From contig CAZUBJ010000001.1 of assembly GCA_964618705.1 (NCBI GenBank), forward strand, positions 2,050-66,049: DNA of 64,000 nt. The letters are read 5' to 3'. The number at the start of each line of letters is the position of its first letter. Within the stretch, counting starts at the first letter, position 1. The translations under genes were made by a program, and so were the position numbers. A model generated the notes under the pieces. That model did not search any database, had not been told where the DNA came from, and saw only the letters and a program-made list of their open reading frames with translations. This stretch comes from an uncultured Candidatus Saccharibacteria bacterium. Lineage in GTDB: Bacteria; Patescibacteriota; Minisyncoccia; Phycocordibacterales; Phycocordibacteraceae. Below, in pieces: positions 1 through 8,051 of this stretch.

Positions 1-47
1 AGGGTTGCTTTGCTAAGCGTGCGTCTGATGCGGCAATTATCTGCAAT

Positions 48-461
48 ATGGAAAGTGCGGGTGGTAACCCTCGTGTGGAGAGTGGAAGCGATAAGCTTGA
101 TGGTGGTAAGGGCTCTTCGTACTCTGTCGGACTATGGCAGATAAATTTGACGGTACACAAGATCGTTAAGGATGGCAAAACACTGAACTGTCCGGCGGCT
201 TTCACAAACCCTTGCGACAGAGAACATTACACCGACCCAAATAATCATCCTGGCTGGTGCAATTCCTCCATCAGGAACACACAGGAAGCGCGAGATTTGT
301 ATGCTGCGTGTGTTGCTGCCGCGAAAGATCCCGTAGTAAGCACCGCTGCAGCATGTGCCATGGATAAGAACATGGACTTTAGTGATTGGGCCTGTTCAGC
401 TAGTCGTTGCCAAATATCAGGTGCCCGTGTACTTTCTGGCGGCTGTGCACCAGGTAGATAA
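48..461 (+). CDS. Secreted lytic transglycosylase-like protein (SLT/GH23-like; VirB1-like). May extend 5' beyond the window.
   Basis: The ES...S..G..GLWQIN motif resembles the SLT catalytic region (E-S ... GLMQ). The protein is Cys-rich and looks secreted. There is no in-frame stop between nt 1 and the ATG at 48, so the 5' end may be truncated. Confidence 0.5.
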   Translation: MESAGGNPRVESGSDKLDGGKGSSYSVGLWQINLTVHKIVKDGKTLNCPAAFTNPCDREHYTDPNNHPGWCNSSIRNTQEARDLYAACVAAAKDPVVSTAAACAMDKNMDFSDWACSASRCQISGARVLSGGCAPGR

Positions 462-483
462 TCATGCGTGATACTATTTTTGT

Positions 484-1017
484 ATGAAGTATGTCCTGAT
501 AGCTTTGGGTGCTGTAGTTGTAGCGGTTGCTATTCTTGCGGGTCTGTTCTTTGTTCTTACGCGTGAGAAAGAACCTGTGTCTTCTCCAAATCAAGCACAA
601 AGCCCTTTTGGATTTATCGGGGGCACAGCAACGACACCCACCAAGACACTTTCTCTATCGCTTCGTGATGGCACTGTCGTACAAGCGCACGACTTTACGA
701 AACAGGACCAGCCCGAGTGGGCAGGCGGCGCATCAGGGTATCTGGTTGGCGGCGGTGAGCAGGAGAATTTCATCATTCTTTACTTTGCACCAGATGTACC
801 TAACGGTCAGGGTGAATTCTTGGTGAACGTAAATGCAGAACCTATTGGAGACGCGCGCAGACGTGCGGAGGCTGCGCTCAAGGCTCGTCTTGAGATGACC
901 GAAGAAGAATTGTGCAAGCTTGCCGTTTCTGTACGAACTGCGCCCGGCGTGAGCGCTACCTACGGAGGATATGACCTGGGGCTTAGTTTTTGTCCGGGCG
1001 CTGTAGCTTTGCCGTAG
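484..1017 (+). CDS. Membrane-anchored hypothetical protein
   Basis: It has an N-terminal TM helix (LIALGAVVVAVAILAGLFFVL). It sits 23 nt after the previous gene and 1 nt before the next, which indicates an operon. Confidence 0.45.
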   Translation: MKYVLIALGAVVVAVAILAGLFFVLTREKEPVSSPNQAQSPFGFIGGTATTPTKTLSLSLRDGTVVQAHDFTKQDQPEWAGGASGYLVGGGEQENFIILYFAPDVPNGQGEFLVNVNAEPIGDARRRAEAALKARLEMTEEELCKLAVSVRTAPGVSATYGGYDLGLSFCPGAVALP

Positions 1018-1018
1018 T

Positions 1019-2023
1019 ATGAAGCTCTTCTTGCCACTCCTTGCACTAACCGTCTTGCTGAACGTCGCCGTACCTTTTGCAGTACATGCGCAGGGAATTC
1101 CGACTATTGGGAGCGGGTTCCATATTATTCCGGACGCTAGCGAGTTGGATCCAGCATGCCCCGAGGGAGCACCGCTTTCGTTTGGTGCAGTCATGCAGAT
1201 TGCACAGAACTTGCTTGGCGTTGCAATAGCCTTTGGAGTGCTAATTTTTGTCATTATCATGGCGTGGGCTGGATTCCTTCTCATTACGTCCCCCATTAAC
1301 CCAGAAGCAAAAAGTACTGCACGAAAAATGCTCGGTAATGCTGCTATCGGTTTGCTTATCACGCTCTCCGCGTGGCTTATCGTGGACTTTGTCATGAAGA
1401 CCCTCTATAACCCAAATAAAGCAGGGCTCGGGCCATGGAATAGTATCTTGAGCGGTGGGCCAGCGTGCGTAAAAGAGACTGAGAATATGCAGGCACTCCC
1501 TATAGGACCAATTACTGCAGGTGATCTCGCCATCATAAATGACTGGGAGACGACCGACAGCGGTACGAGTAGTTCAGGTGGTGGTGGCGCGAACTGTCCA
1601 GCTGCGGATACTTCAAAAATGGTTGCATTCCCGGCCTCGGCAACTCAGGGAGAAACGGAGAAGGCAACTCAGACGACGGTAAATAATTTCTTAGCGATGC
1701 GCACAGCAGCACTTAAGGACGGGGTGGACCTTAAGGTTGTGGACGGGTACCGGTCAGATGCGGAACAGGTAGTGCTGTACAAACGCTACTGCAGCTCTGG
1801 CACCTGTGGAGCCAAGAAAGTTGGTAAACCCTGCTCCATGACGGGAGGAAAAGGATCAAATCACAATTCCGGAGAGGCTCTCGATTTGAATGTCGGGTGT
1901 GCGAACGGCGTGAGAAACTGCAATACAAAAACCTATAACTGGTTGAAGGCTAATGGATCCAAGTGGGGATTCAGGAACTCACTTCCTACTGATCCGCCAC
2001 ACTGGTCACCGAGCGGTAGCTAA
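1019..2023 (+). CDS. Fusion protein: TrbC/VirB2-like pilin-type N-terminus (signal peptide plus two hydrophobic helices) joined to a C-terminal peptidase M15 (VanY-like D,D-carboxypeptidase) domain
   Basis: The signal peptide ends at ...FAVHA. Two TM helices, AIAFGVLIFVIIMAWAGFLLITS and IGLLITLSAWLIVDFVM, are separated by a short loop, which is the TrbC/VirB2 topology. The C-terminal half carries VanY/M15 motifs: GYRSDAEQVVLY, SNHNSGEALD and PPHWS (the EPWH-like motif). Confidence 0.6.
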   Translation: MKLFLPLLALTVLLNVAVPFAVHAQGIPTIGSGFHIIPDASELDPACPEGAPLSFGAVMQIAQNLLGVAIAFGVLIFVIIMAWAGFLLITSPINPEAKSTARKMLGNAAIGLLITLSAWLIVDFVMKTLYNPNKAGLGPWNSILSGGPACVKETENMQALPIGPITAGDLAIINDWETTDSGTSSSGGGGANCPAADTSKMVAFPASATQGETEKATQTTVNNFLAMRTAALKDGVDLKVVDGYRSDAEQVVLYKRYCSSGTCGAKKVGKPCSMTGGKGSNHNSGEALDLNVGCANGVRNCNTKTYNWLKANGSKWGFRNSLPTDPPHWSPSGS

Positions 2024-2907
2024 TTGCTGTCCGTAAGTTTGCGAAGCCAGGCTTTCTGATGTCGTGCATAGTGCCAGAGCTTTGTGGAAAGCGTTGGCAG
2101 CAACGTTTCCTCTTCTCGCTCTCTGCGAAGGAATTCGCCAATCACACGATATTCTAGCCCTAGTTCATTCAGGCGGGTATCACCGACATACTCACGGACG
2201 GCCCGTACCTCATCGATAAGTCCTCGTGTGAATGCTGATGCAAGACGCTTCGATATGCGCTCACGTAGCACATCTCGCTCCGGATTAATAACCACCCATT
2301 CAACGCTGAGTAATGGAGTGTCAGTATCGCGCTCAGGTACATGGCCGTGCTCTGCAACTATTTCAAGAGCGCGAATAAGTCTACGTCGATTCTGCAAATC
2401 AATACGCTCTGCACGGCGGGGATCTGTAGCGGTGAGCCTAGCCACCAGTTCCTGCGTCGAGAGCGCCTCAAGGGTCTGGCGCACGAGTGGGTCGGGCACG
2501 CTTGTTTCGGGAAGTCCGTAGATAAGAGCTTCGAAATAGAAGTGCGTGCCTCCTGCAAGGATGGGGCGCTTTCCGCGGGACTCAATCTCCTTGATAAGGA
2601 GTGTCGTGTCGCGCACAAAGTCAGCCGCACTATAGATCTCTCGCGGGTCCAAAATATCTATGAGGTGATGGGGAACACCGTCCATATCCGCCTTGGTGGT
2701 CTTCTCCGTTCCGATATCAAGCATGCGGTAGACTTGGCGCGAGTCTACAGAAATAACCTCGCCATCGAATTCCTTCGCAAGCTCTACTGCACGCGCAGAC
2801 TTACCTGAGGCAGTAGGCCCCACAACGCAGAGAAGTGGGAGGGCGTTATCCAGGTGCTTCACAATACTTGGGATGCTATCATGACCATGAAATAACGGAA
2901 AACCCAT
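2020..2907 (-). CDS. miaA: tRNA dimethylallyltransferase MiaA
   Basis: The P-loop LLCVVGPTASGKS, ISVDSRQVY and HHLIDI motifs are classic MiaA. I chose the start at ATG 2907 (MGFPLF..). The track ORF extends to 2958, which would overlap the prx start on the opposite strand. Confidence 0.8.
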   Translation of the reverse strand: MGFPLFHGHDSIPSIVKHLDNALPLLCVVGPTASGKSARAVELAKEFDGEVISVDSRQVYRMLDIGTEKTTKADMDGVPHHLIDILDPREIYSAADFVRDTTLLIKEIESRGKRPILAGGTHFYFEALIYGLPETSVPDPLVRQTLEALSTQELVARLTATDPRRAERIDLQNRRRLIRALEIVAEHGHVPERDTDTPLLSVEWVVINPERDVLRERISKRLASAFTRGLIDEVRAVREYVGDTRLNELGLEYRVIGEFLRREREEETLLPTLSTKLWHYARHQKAWLRKLTDSN

Positions 2908-3570
2908 ATGACTACTGAACAAAAGAGCAATTACTGTGAACACTGTGGTGATTTCCACGACTCGTACCGCGAATACGCATCGTCAGTTCGCATTGGAGAG
3001 ACGATTCCAGACTATGAGTTTGAGGCGTTTCAGAACAATGATGTGAAGCCGATGAAGTTCTCAGACTTCCGTGGGAAGTGGCTCATTGTCATGTTCTACC
3101 CAGCAGACTTCACATTCGTGTGTCCAACTGAGCTTGAAGAAATGGCAGGACTCTACGCAAAGTTTACAGAACTCGGTGCTGAAGTGGTGTCGTTCTCAAC
3201 GGACACGGTGTTTGTGCATAAGGCGTGGCACGATACGTCTGGGGCCATTAAGAAAATCACCTTCCCAATGGGTGCAGACCCAACTGGAAAGGTGGCAGAT
3301 GCATTCGGTGTCTTGATTCAGGGAGGGGACACGATGCTAACACCAGACGAGGGTCTTGCACTCCGCGGTACGTTCATCGTAGATCCAAAGGGTGTGCTTA
3401 AGACCATGGAGGTGCATGACAACGGCATTGGCCGTTCTGCAAAAGAAACCCTGCGCAAATTGCAGGCAGCGCAGTTTGTGGCAACACACTCAGGACAGGT
3501 GTGTCCTGCGGCGTGGGAGCCAGGAGGGGATACGCTTGAGCCGGGGATGGATTTGGTTGGCAAAATCTAA
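2908..3570 (+). CDS. Peroxiredoxin (typical 2-Cys AhpC/Prx1 family) with a 25-aa N-terminal CxxC-containing extension
   Basis: FTFVCPTE carries the peroxidatic Cys and the resolving Cys lies in GQVCPAAW. Before the conserved RIGE..PDY block there is a CEHCGDFHD extension. Confidence 0.85.
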   Translation: MTTEQKSNYCEHCGDFHDSYREYASSVRIGETIPDYEFEAFQNNDVKPMKFSDFRGKWLIVMFYPADFTFVCPTELEEMAGLYAKFTELGAEVVSFSTDTVFVHKAWHDTSGAIKKITFPMGADPTGKVADAFGVLIQGGDTMLTPDEGLALRGTFIVDPKGVLKTMEVHDNGIGRSAKETLRKLQAAQFVATHSGQVCPAAWEPGGDTLEPGMDLVGKI

Positions 3571-3718
3571 GTAGGAGCAGTCTAAATTACTCCTGCGCTT
3601 CGTTACGGATCCCAGCGAGCTCATCCGTCGTGCTCTGCAGTACGCCTACTTCGCTCACTCTCCCGTGCCTTGAGCATAAGCATTTTAGCTCTGCTCTTGA
3701 GAAGATTGATGTAAAGAA

Positions 3719-3748
3719 AAGGGCCCGGCGCTTCTGCGCCGGGCCCTT
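3719..3748 (-). terminator. Rho-independent terminator (12-bp GC stem AAGGGCCCGGCGC / GCGCCGGGCCCTT, TTCT loop, T-tract on minus strand)
   Basis: The plus strand carries a perfect palindrome preceded by GTAAAGAAAA, which reads as a TTTTCTTTAC tail on the minus strand. Confidence 0.6.
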
Positions 3749-3760
3749 CCCGTTGTGGCT

Positions 3761-3931
3761 CTAGCCGTGGCCGCGTGCGCGCTCGCGCGCCAGGCCAACG
3801 GTGGCGAATTCCTCGATACCGACGAGGGGTGGCTCGTTGGAGCCCGTACCGTCGCTACGGTTAGTGGTCGCGGGTGCAAGCAGAGCGCCAATAACAACGG
3901 GGAAGAACAAATTAACAACGCTAAACGGCAT
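3761..3931 (-). CDS. Small hydrophobic peptide (hypothetical)
   Basis: This 56-aa ORF (MPFSVVNLFFPVVIGALLAPATT...) is GC-rich. A perfect 12-bp hairpin terminator lies directly downstream on the minus strand at 3719-3748. A competing ORF on the plus strand makes the call uncertain. Confidence 0.25.
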   Translation of the reverse strand: MPFSVVNLFFPVVIGALLAPATTNRSDGTGSNEPPLVGIEEFATVGLARERARGHG

Positions 3932-4244
3932 CACTTTTCCTATTACTATCGTTGCGGGAAGTACGAGGATACCATAGTGAAAAAGTTTCGGCGACCTGTG
4001 GGGTGGAGTGACACGGCGATTACGCCTTTTGCCCGCGCGTTGAGAGCTCGTCGTCCACCACAAGGGCATTTCTTATTTACTAACTCGCTGCGCTCCTAAG
4101 AAAATAATGTCACTCGCACTCACGCTGGGCACCGCCTCGCGGTTTTGCTCTACTGAGCAAAACATCGCTCCGGCATTCAAGTCCCGAGCACAACGCGAAG
4201 GCGTTGTGCTCCCCCGGCACAATTTCTCTCTGCGTTCTAAATTG

Positions 4245-4325
4245 TGCCGGGGGAGGGACTTGAACCCTCAAACCTTTCAGTAGTGGGTTTTGAATCCACC
4301 GCGTATACCATTCCGCCACCCCGGC
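4245..4325 (-). tRNA. tRNA-Leu (anticodon CAA), type II with long variable arm, no encoded CCA
   Basis: The reverse complement folds as acceptor GCCGGGG/CCCCGGC, D-arm GCGGAATGGTATACGC, anticodon arm GTGGA-TTCAAAA-CCCAC, a 13-nt variable arm, T-arm GAGGG-TTCAAGT-CCCTC and discriminator A. It is collinear with E. coli tRNA-Leu(CAA). Confidence 0.85.
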
Positions 4326-4387
4326 AATGTTCATAATCCTACTTCTAGATGCACTTCCTCGCAAACGGCTCGTGTTAGAATGCACAC

Positions 4388-5428
4388 ATGAATCCGTTTG
4401 GCGGCGACAAACTCGCATCTACCTACAACGAGCCAACCAAGTACGACTCTGTGTACTGGGTGGAGGTGGACCGCATCCAGCCGAACCCCTATCAACCTCG
4501 CAAGGAGTTTGACGAAGAACGACTTAAGGCTCTCGCAGAAAGTATTCGGCAGTACGGTGTGTTGCAGCCACTGGTAGTAACGCGCACCGAGCGCGAGCTT
4601 CCTGGTGGAGGGTTACAGGCCTCGTATGAACTTATTGCTGGTGAGCGTCGTTTCCGTGCATCAAAACTCATCGGTCTTAAGGAGGTACCCGTTGTTATTC
4701 GTGCGGGGGAACAGACTGACAAGATGAAGCTGGAGCTCGCCATTATTGAGAACCTTCAGCGCGAGGACTTGAACTCTATTGATCGAGCCAAAGCGCTTGC
4801 ACAGCTTGTAGATACCTTCGGGCTTTCTCACGGAGAAGTTGGTGCAAAGGTGGGCCGCAGTCGTGAGTACATCACCAACTCTATTCGCCTCCTCCTCCTT
4901 CCTGAGGAAATCCAGAACGCTGTGGTTGCAAAAGAGATTACTGAAGGACACGCGCGCGCACTCCTCATGCTCCAGGACCGTCCAGAGGAGATGCAGACTC
5001 TGTTTAAGGAGATCATGCTCAAGAAGACGAGCGTGCGCATGGTAGAGCAGATGGCACGCCGCATTGCCACCGACCGTATCCGCAAGCACGACAAAACCAT
5101 GGAGATGATGGAGCTTGAGAAAAGTCTCACAGAAACGCTCGGTACCCGTGTGCTGATTGAGAACCGTCCAAATGGCGGGCGTGTCCTCATTGAGTTTTTC
5201 TCTTCGGAGGACCTCGCAAACATTGCGAACATACTTGCGACGCGCGAGGCACAGCTCTTGGCAGAGAAGGAAGCCCCAGCTGCGAGCGAGAACGACACTG
5301 CCGTGGTGCCGTATCTATTTCCAAACACTACTCCTGTTGTCACTGCGGAACCCACCGCTCAAGTGGTAACTGAGGAAGTTACAGAGCCCGAAGAAGACAT
5401 ATACTCCGTTTCAAGCTTCACCGTTTGA
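4388..5428 (+). CDS. parB: Chromosome partitioning protein ParB/Spo0J, with a C-terminal acidic/Pro-rich extension
   Basis: It has the ParB box (LIAGERRFRA), VVIR, IENLQREDLN and an HTH (SHGEVGAKVGRSREYITNSIRLL). No parA is adjacent within the window. Confidence 0.85.
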   Translation: MNPFGGDKLASTYNEPTKYDSVYWVEVDRIQPNPYQPRKEFDEERLKALAESIRQYGVLQPLVVTRTERELPGGGLQASYELIAGERRFRASKLIGLKEVPVVIRAGEQTDKMKLELAIIENLQREDLNSIDRAKALAQLVDTFGLSHGEVGAKVGRSREYITNSIRLLLLPEEIQNAVVAKEITEGHARALLMLQDRPEEMQTLFKEIMLKKTSVRMVEQMARRIATDRIRKHDKTMEMMELEKSLTETLGTRVLIENRPNGGRVLIEFFSSEDLANIANILATREAQLLAEKEAPAASENDTAVVPYLFPNTTPVVTAEPTAQVVTEEVTEPEEDIYSVSSFTV

Positions 5429-5484
5429 CATTCTACCGCTTTCTTGTACAGTGTTCCTGAACAAGTACAAACGGAGGTAAAACA

Positions 5485-5739
5485 GTGGCCGACGAACGAA
5501 TCCCCGCGATGGCCTGGTTCAGGGATCGCAAGGCATACTACGGAGCAAAGCCGCCTACGAGCCAGGTACGGAGAACCTACGATGTGTTCGAGCGGCTCAT
5601 CATTCTCGTGAGCGACGAGCACCATCTGCTCACCTCCGAGCAGATGGACATTGTGGAGAATACGGTCCTGCACGGACTTAGGTCCGACGCCGACATCTTC
5701 TCAGTCGCCGCCTGGATCAAGACCTGCCCGCGCAGCTGA
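5485..5739 (+). CDS. Hypothetical small protein (84 aa) in a GC-rich islet
   Basis: The ORF runs at about 58% GC against a 50% background. A perfect 12-bp hairpin (5753-5780) follows it immediately. I recognise no family. Confidence 0.35.
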   Translation: MADERIPAMAWFRDRKAYYGAKPPTSQVRRTYDVFERLIILVSDEHHLLTSEQMDIVENTVLHGLRSDADIFSVAAWIKTCPRS

Positions 5740-5752
5740 GCCCGAACGAAAG

Positions 5753-5780
5753 TACCCCAAGCGCGCGAGCGCTTGGGGTA
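5753..5780. terminator. Bidirectional hairpin terminator (TACCCCAAGCGC-GCGA-GCGCTTGGGGTA) between the small ORF and rel
   Basis: A perfect 12-bp inverted repeat lies between the two convergent genes. Confidence 0.5.
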
Positions 5781-5789
5781 TCGTCATAT

Positions 5790-7412
5790 CTATTCCTTCG
5801 CTTTCTTGGGATTTTTCTTCTTCGTAATACGAAGGGGCTTAATCTCCGGGATCGTCGATTCAGGCCGTGCGTGCGTATCCAGATAGCTTCGAATATGACG
5901 TCGAGCAATACTTGTGCGCGCGTAGTCGTGCCATTTTGCCGTTGGGCGAGCGTTCTTACTTTTAATGATTTCTATAATGTCGCCGTTCTTAAGTTCGGTA
6001 TCAAACGAAACCAGCTTCCCATTTATTTTTGCACCCTGCATATGCTCTCCCAGGTCGCTATGAATTGCGAAGGCAAAGTCCACGGGGGTCGAACCGGTGG
6101 GAAGGTCAATCACGTCACCACGAGGTGAGAAGACAAAAATGCGATGCGAAAAGAAGTCAGTCTTAAGTCCTTCTACAAATTCGCTCGACTCCGCAACCTT
6201 TGCGTGCGCATCAGCAAGTTCGGTGAGCCATCCAGGTGTCGGAGCCACCTTTCCGTTCGCAGACGCCGCCTCGTGTGTTGGACGTTTAATATTCATGAGA
6301 TTTGGGAGAAGGTCGCGAATCCAAGGAATGGAGAGCTTCTGCACAGAACCCTGTTTAGCATTTCGTCCAAGTGCCTTATAGGAACCATGAGAAGCAATAC
6401 CAAACTCTGCCTGCTCGTGCATTTCGTTGGTACGAATCTGAATCTCTACAATACCTGCCTCAGGTGTTACGAGCGTGGTGTGAAGTGACTGGTACCCGCT
6501 TGAAGGTTTTGGTACGGCTATATAGTCCTTAAACTCTCCAGGAAGCGGCTTCCATAATGAGTGAAGTACTCCAAGTGCGGTGTAGGCATCCGGTACGGTG
6601 GGCACAATGATACGAAGTGCCGCAATGTCGTGAATTTTTGTGATGTCGTCCCCCTTACGCTTTAGTTTTTGATGCAGGCTCCATAGGCCTTTCATGCGGA
6701 TGCCCGTCTTAAAGTCACGCATGCCTTTACGCGCAAGCGCATGACGCACTTCCTTCTGAACTTTCACAAGGCCCGCCTCTGTTTCTTTTGCAGCTAGCTT
6801 TCGTACTTCAATGGCATGATGGTACGCATCCTCGTCAATAAACGGGAACGCCATGTCCTCAAAGTCCTTTCGAATGCGTCCCATGCCAAGACGATCGGCA
6901 AGTGGGGCATAAATCTCGAGTGTTTCGAGCGCTATACGTCTGCGCTTCTCCACAGGAACATGCTCAAGCGTGGTCATGTTGTGGTAGCGGTCCGCTAATT
7001 TAACAATAAGCACGCGCACATCAGCCGCGGTCGCTACTAGAAGGCGTCTCAAACTCTCTGCGTGGCGCTCTGTGCCCTGATACTTGTGCTGGCCGAGCTT
7101 GGTAACACCTTGCACTAAAAACAGCACCTCAGGGCCAAATTCAGCCGACACTTCTTCGTCAGTGACTTGCGTGTCTTCGATAGCGTCGTGCAGGAGTGCT
7201 GCGGCAACGGTCGGTGCGTCGAGTCCCAACTCAGCCAGGTGCTTAGCAACTGCGCTCGGATGTATAAAATAGGGCTCGCCCGAATAACGAGTGTGTCCCT
7301 CGTGCGCCTTCTTTGCAAAATCGTATGCTTTTTCTACGAGCGCTTTATCGAGAGCGCTCAGGTTAGTCATTTGGGCCAGTATTTCCTTGACCGTCGTCAT
7401 GGTCTTTAGCAT
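5790..7412 (-). CDS. rel: Bifunctional (p)ppGpp synthetase/hydrolase Rel (RelA/SpoT homolog, short 540-aa form)
   Basis: The HD hydrolase motifs (HLAELGLDAPTVAAALLHDAIEDT) and the synthetase domain (RIKDFEDMAFP..., YQSLHTTL) are present, followed by a TGS-like region. Confidence 0.85.
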   Translation of the reverse strand: MLKTMTTVKEILAQMTNLSALDKALVEKAYDFAKKAHEGHTRYSGEPYFIHPSAVAKHLAELGLDAPTVAAALLHDAIEDTQVTDEEVSAEFGPEVLFLVQGVTKLGQHKYQGTERHAESLRRLLVATAADVRVLIVKLADRYHNMTTLEHVPVEKRRRIALETLEIYAPLADRLGMGRIRKDFEDMAFPFIDEDAYHHAIEVRKLAAKETEAGLVKVQKEVRHALARKGMRDFKTGIRMKGLWSLHQKLKRKGDDITKIHDIAALRIIVPTVPDAYTALGVLHSLWKPLPGEFKDYIAVPKPSSGYQSLHTTLVTPEAGIVEIQIRTNEMHEQAEFGIASHGSYKALGRNAKQGSVQKLSIPWIRDLLPNLMNIKRPTHEAASANGKVAPTPGWLTELADAHAKVAESSEFVEGLKTDFFSHRIFVFSPRGDVIDLPTGSTPVDFAFAIHSDLGEHMQGAKINGKLVSFDTELKNGDIIEIIKSKNARPTAKWHDYARTSIARRHIRSYLDTHARPESTIPEIKPLRITKKKNPKKAKE

Positions 7413-7807
7413 ACTGCTCTAATCCGTTTGCGACAAACGGTAACCAGTTTACTGCGTACGCAGTTGTAAAAAATGTAAGCAAATTGCGAGGAGAGTTCTT
7501 TTGAGACCGTTACTGAGTAAGGCTCCATCGCACTGCGGAAAGTGTGGTGGTGTGCACCGTGCCATTCACGGCAAGCGCGTGAATGCGCAGGGAGTTCGAC
7601 TGCTGTGCGAGGAACCCGACACTATCGAGTTTGAGATCGACACCCCGTCATCGCCCTACGTAACGCCGCTTCCTGCCACGGTTGCGGCCTAAGCGAAGAG
7701 CCCGCACCCTATCGGGGCGGGCTCATGCTATGTGTGCCGTTGACTGCGACCAAAACCGCGCTATAGTCCAATTGTTCCACTCGTTTTAACGCAAGGAGAC
7801 TCGAGCC

Positions 7808-7975
7808 ATGCAGTACTGCACTGATTGCGGACAAATGGTGCTGGTGCCTTGCAAGAGCAAGGACCATCCCGAGATTGAGCGTGTGTTTTGCCCCAAACGG
7901 CGAACCATGATTTCCTTCGAACCGGTCATTCCGTCGAAGGTGCTCGCGTTCAATCGCGCCCTGCAAGCGGCCTAG
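7808..7975 (+). CDS. Small zinc-ribbon protein (55 aa, C-x2-C ... C ... C). It is under 60 aa, so it does not appear in the ORF track.
   Basis: It starts at ATG 7808 with an AAGGAG SD 9 nt upstream. The translation is MQYCTDCGQMVLVPCKSKDHPEIERVFCPKRR..., with four Cys. A hairpin terminator follows at 8015-8042. Confidence 0.35.
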   Translation: MQYCTDCGQMVLVPCKSKDHPEIERVFCPKRRTMISFEPVIPSKVLAFNRALQAA

Positions 7976-8014
7976 CCGCCTGCGCCCATCGGCCCTTCGT
8001 GGGCCCACAACAAG

Positions 8015-8042
8015 CCGCCGCGATTCGAAAGAGTCGCGGCGG
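8015..8042. terminator. Hairpin terminator (CCGCCGCGA-N10-TCGCGGCGG) 10 nt downstream of the topA stop. It also closes the small plus-strand ORF.
   Basis: The inverted repeat is 9 bp and is followed on the plus strand by TATCTACTTTTAT. Confidence 0.5.
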
Positions 8043-8051
8043 TATCTACTT

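Noticed and set aside
733-1395. A 220-aa minus-strand ORF spanning two plus-strand genes
   Set aside because: It lies entirely antisense to two well-supported co-oriented genes, has no family resemblance and has biased Ser/Ala/Gly composition. It is typical of a shadow ORF.
3755-4099. A 114-aa plus-strand ORF between prx and tRNA-Leu
   Set aside because: It competes with the minus-strand small hydrophobic ORF, and the minus-strand terminator at 3719-3748 supports that ORF. The plus ORF has odd composition (YYYRC, Arg-rich) and no RBS. Neither is certain.
4828-5355. Minus-strand ORFs (175 aa, 142 aa) inside parB
   Set aside because: They lie antisense to a strongly supported ParB CDS. Their Ser/Arg-rich low-complexity translations are typical of spurious ORFs.
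4300-5500. A parS site (TGTTTCACGTGAAACA-like) near parB
   Set aside because: I found no 16-bp palindrome of that type by eye in or around parB. The CACGTG occurrences elsewhere lack the flanking symmetry.
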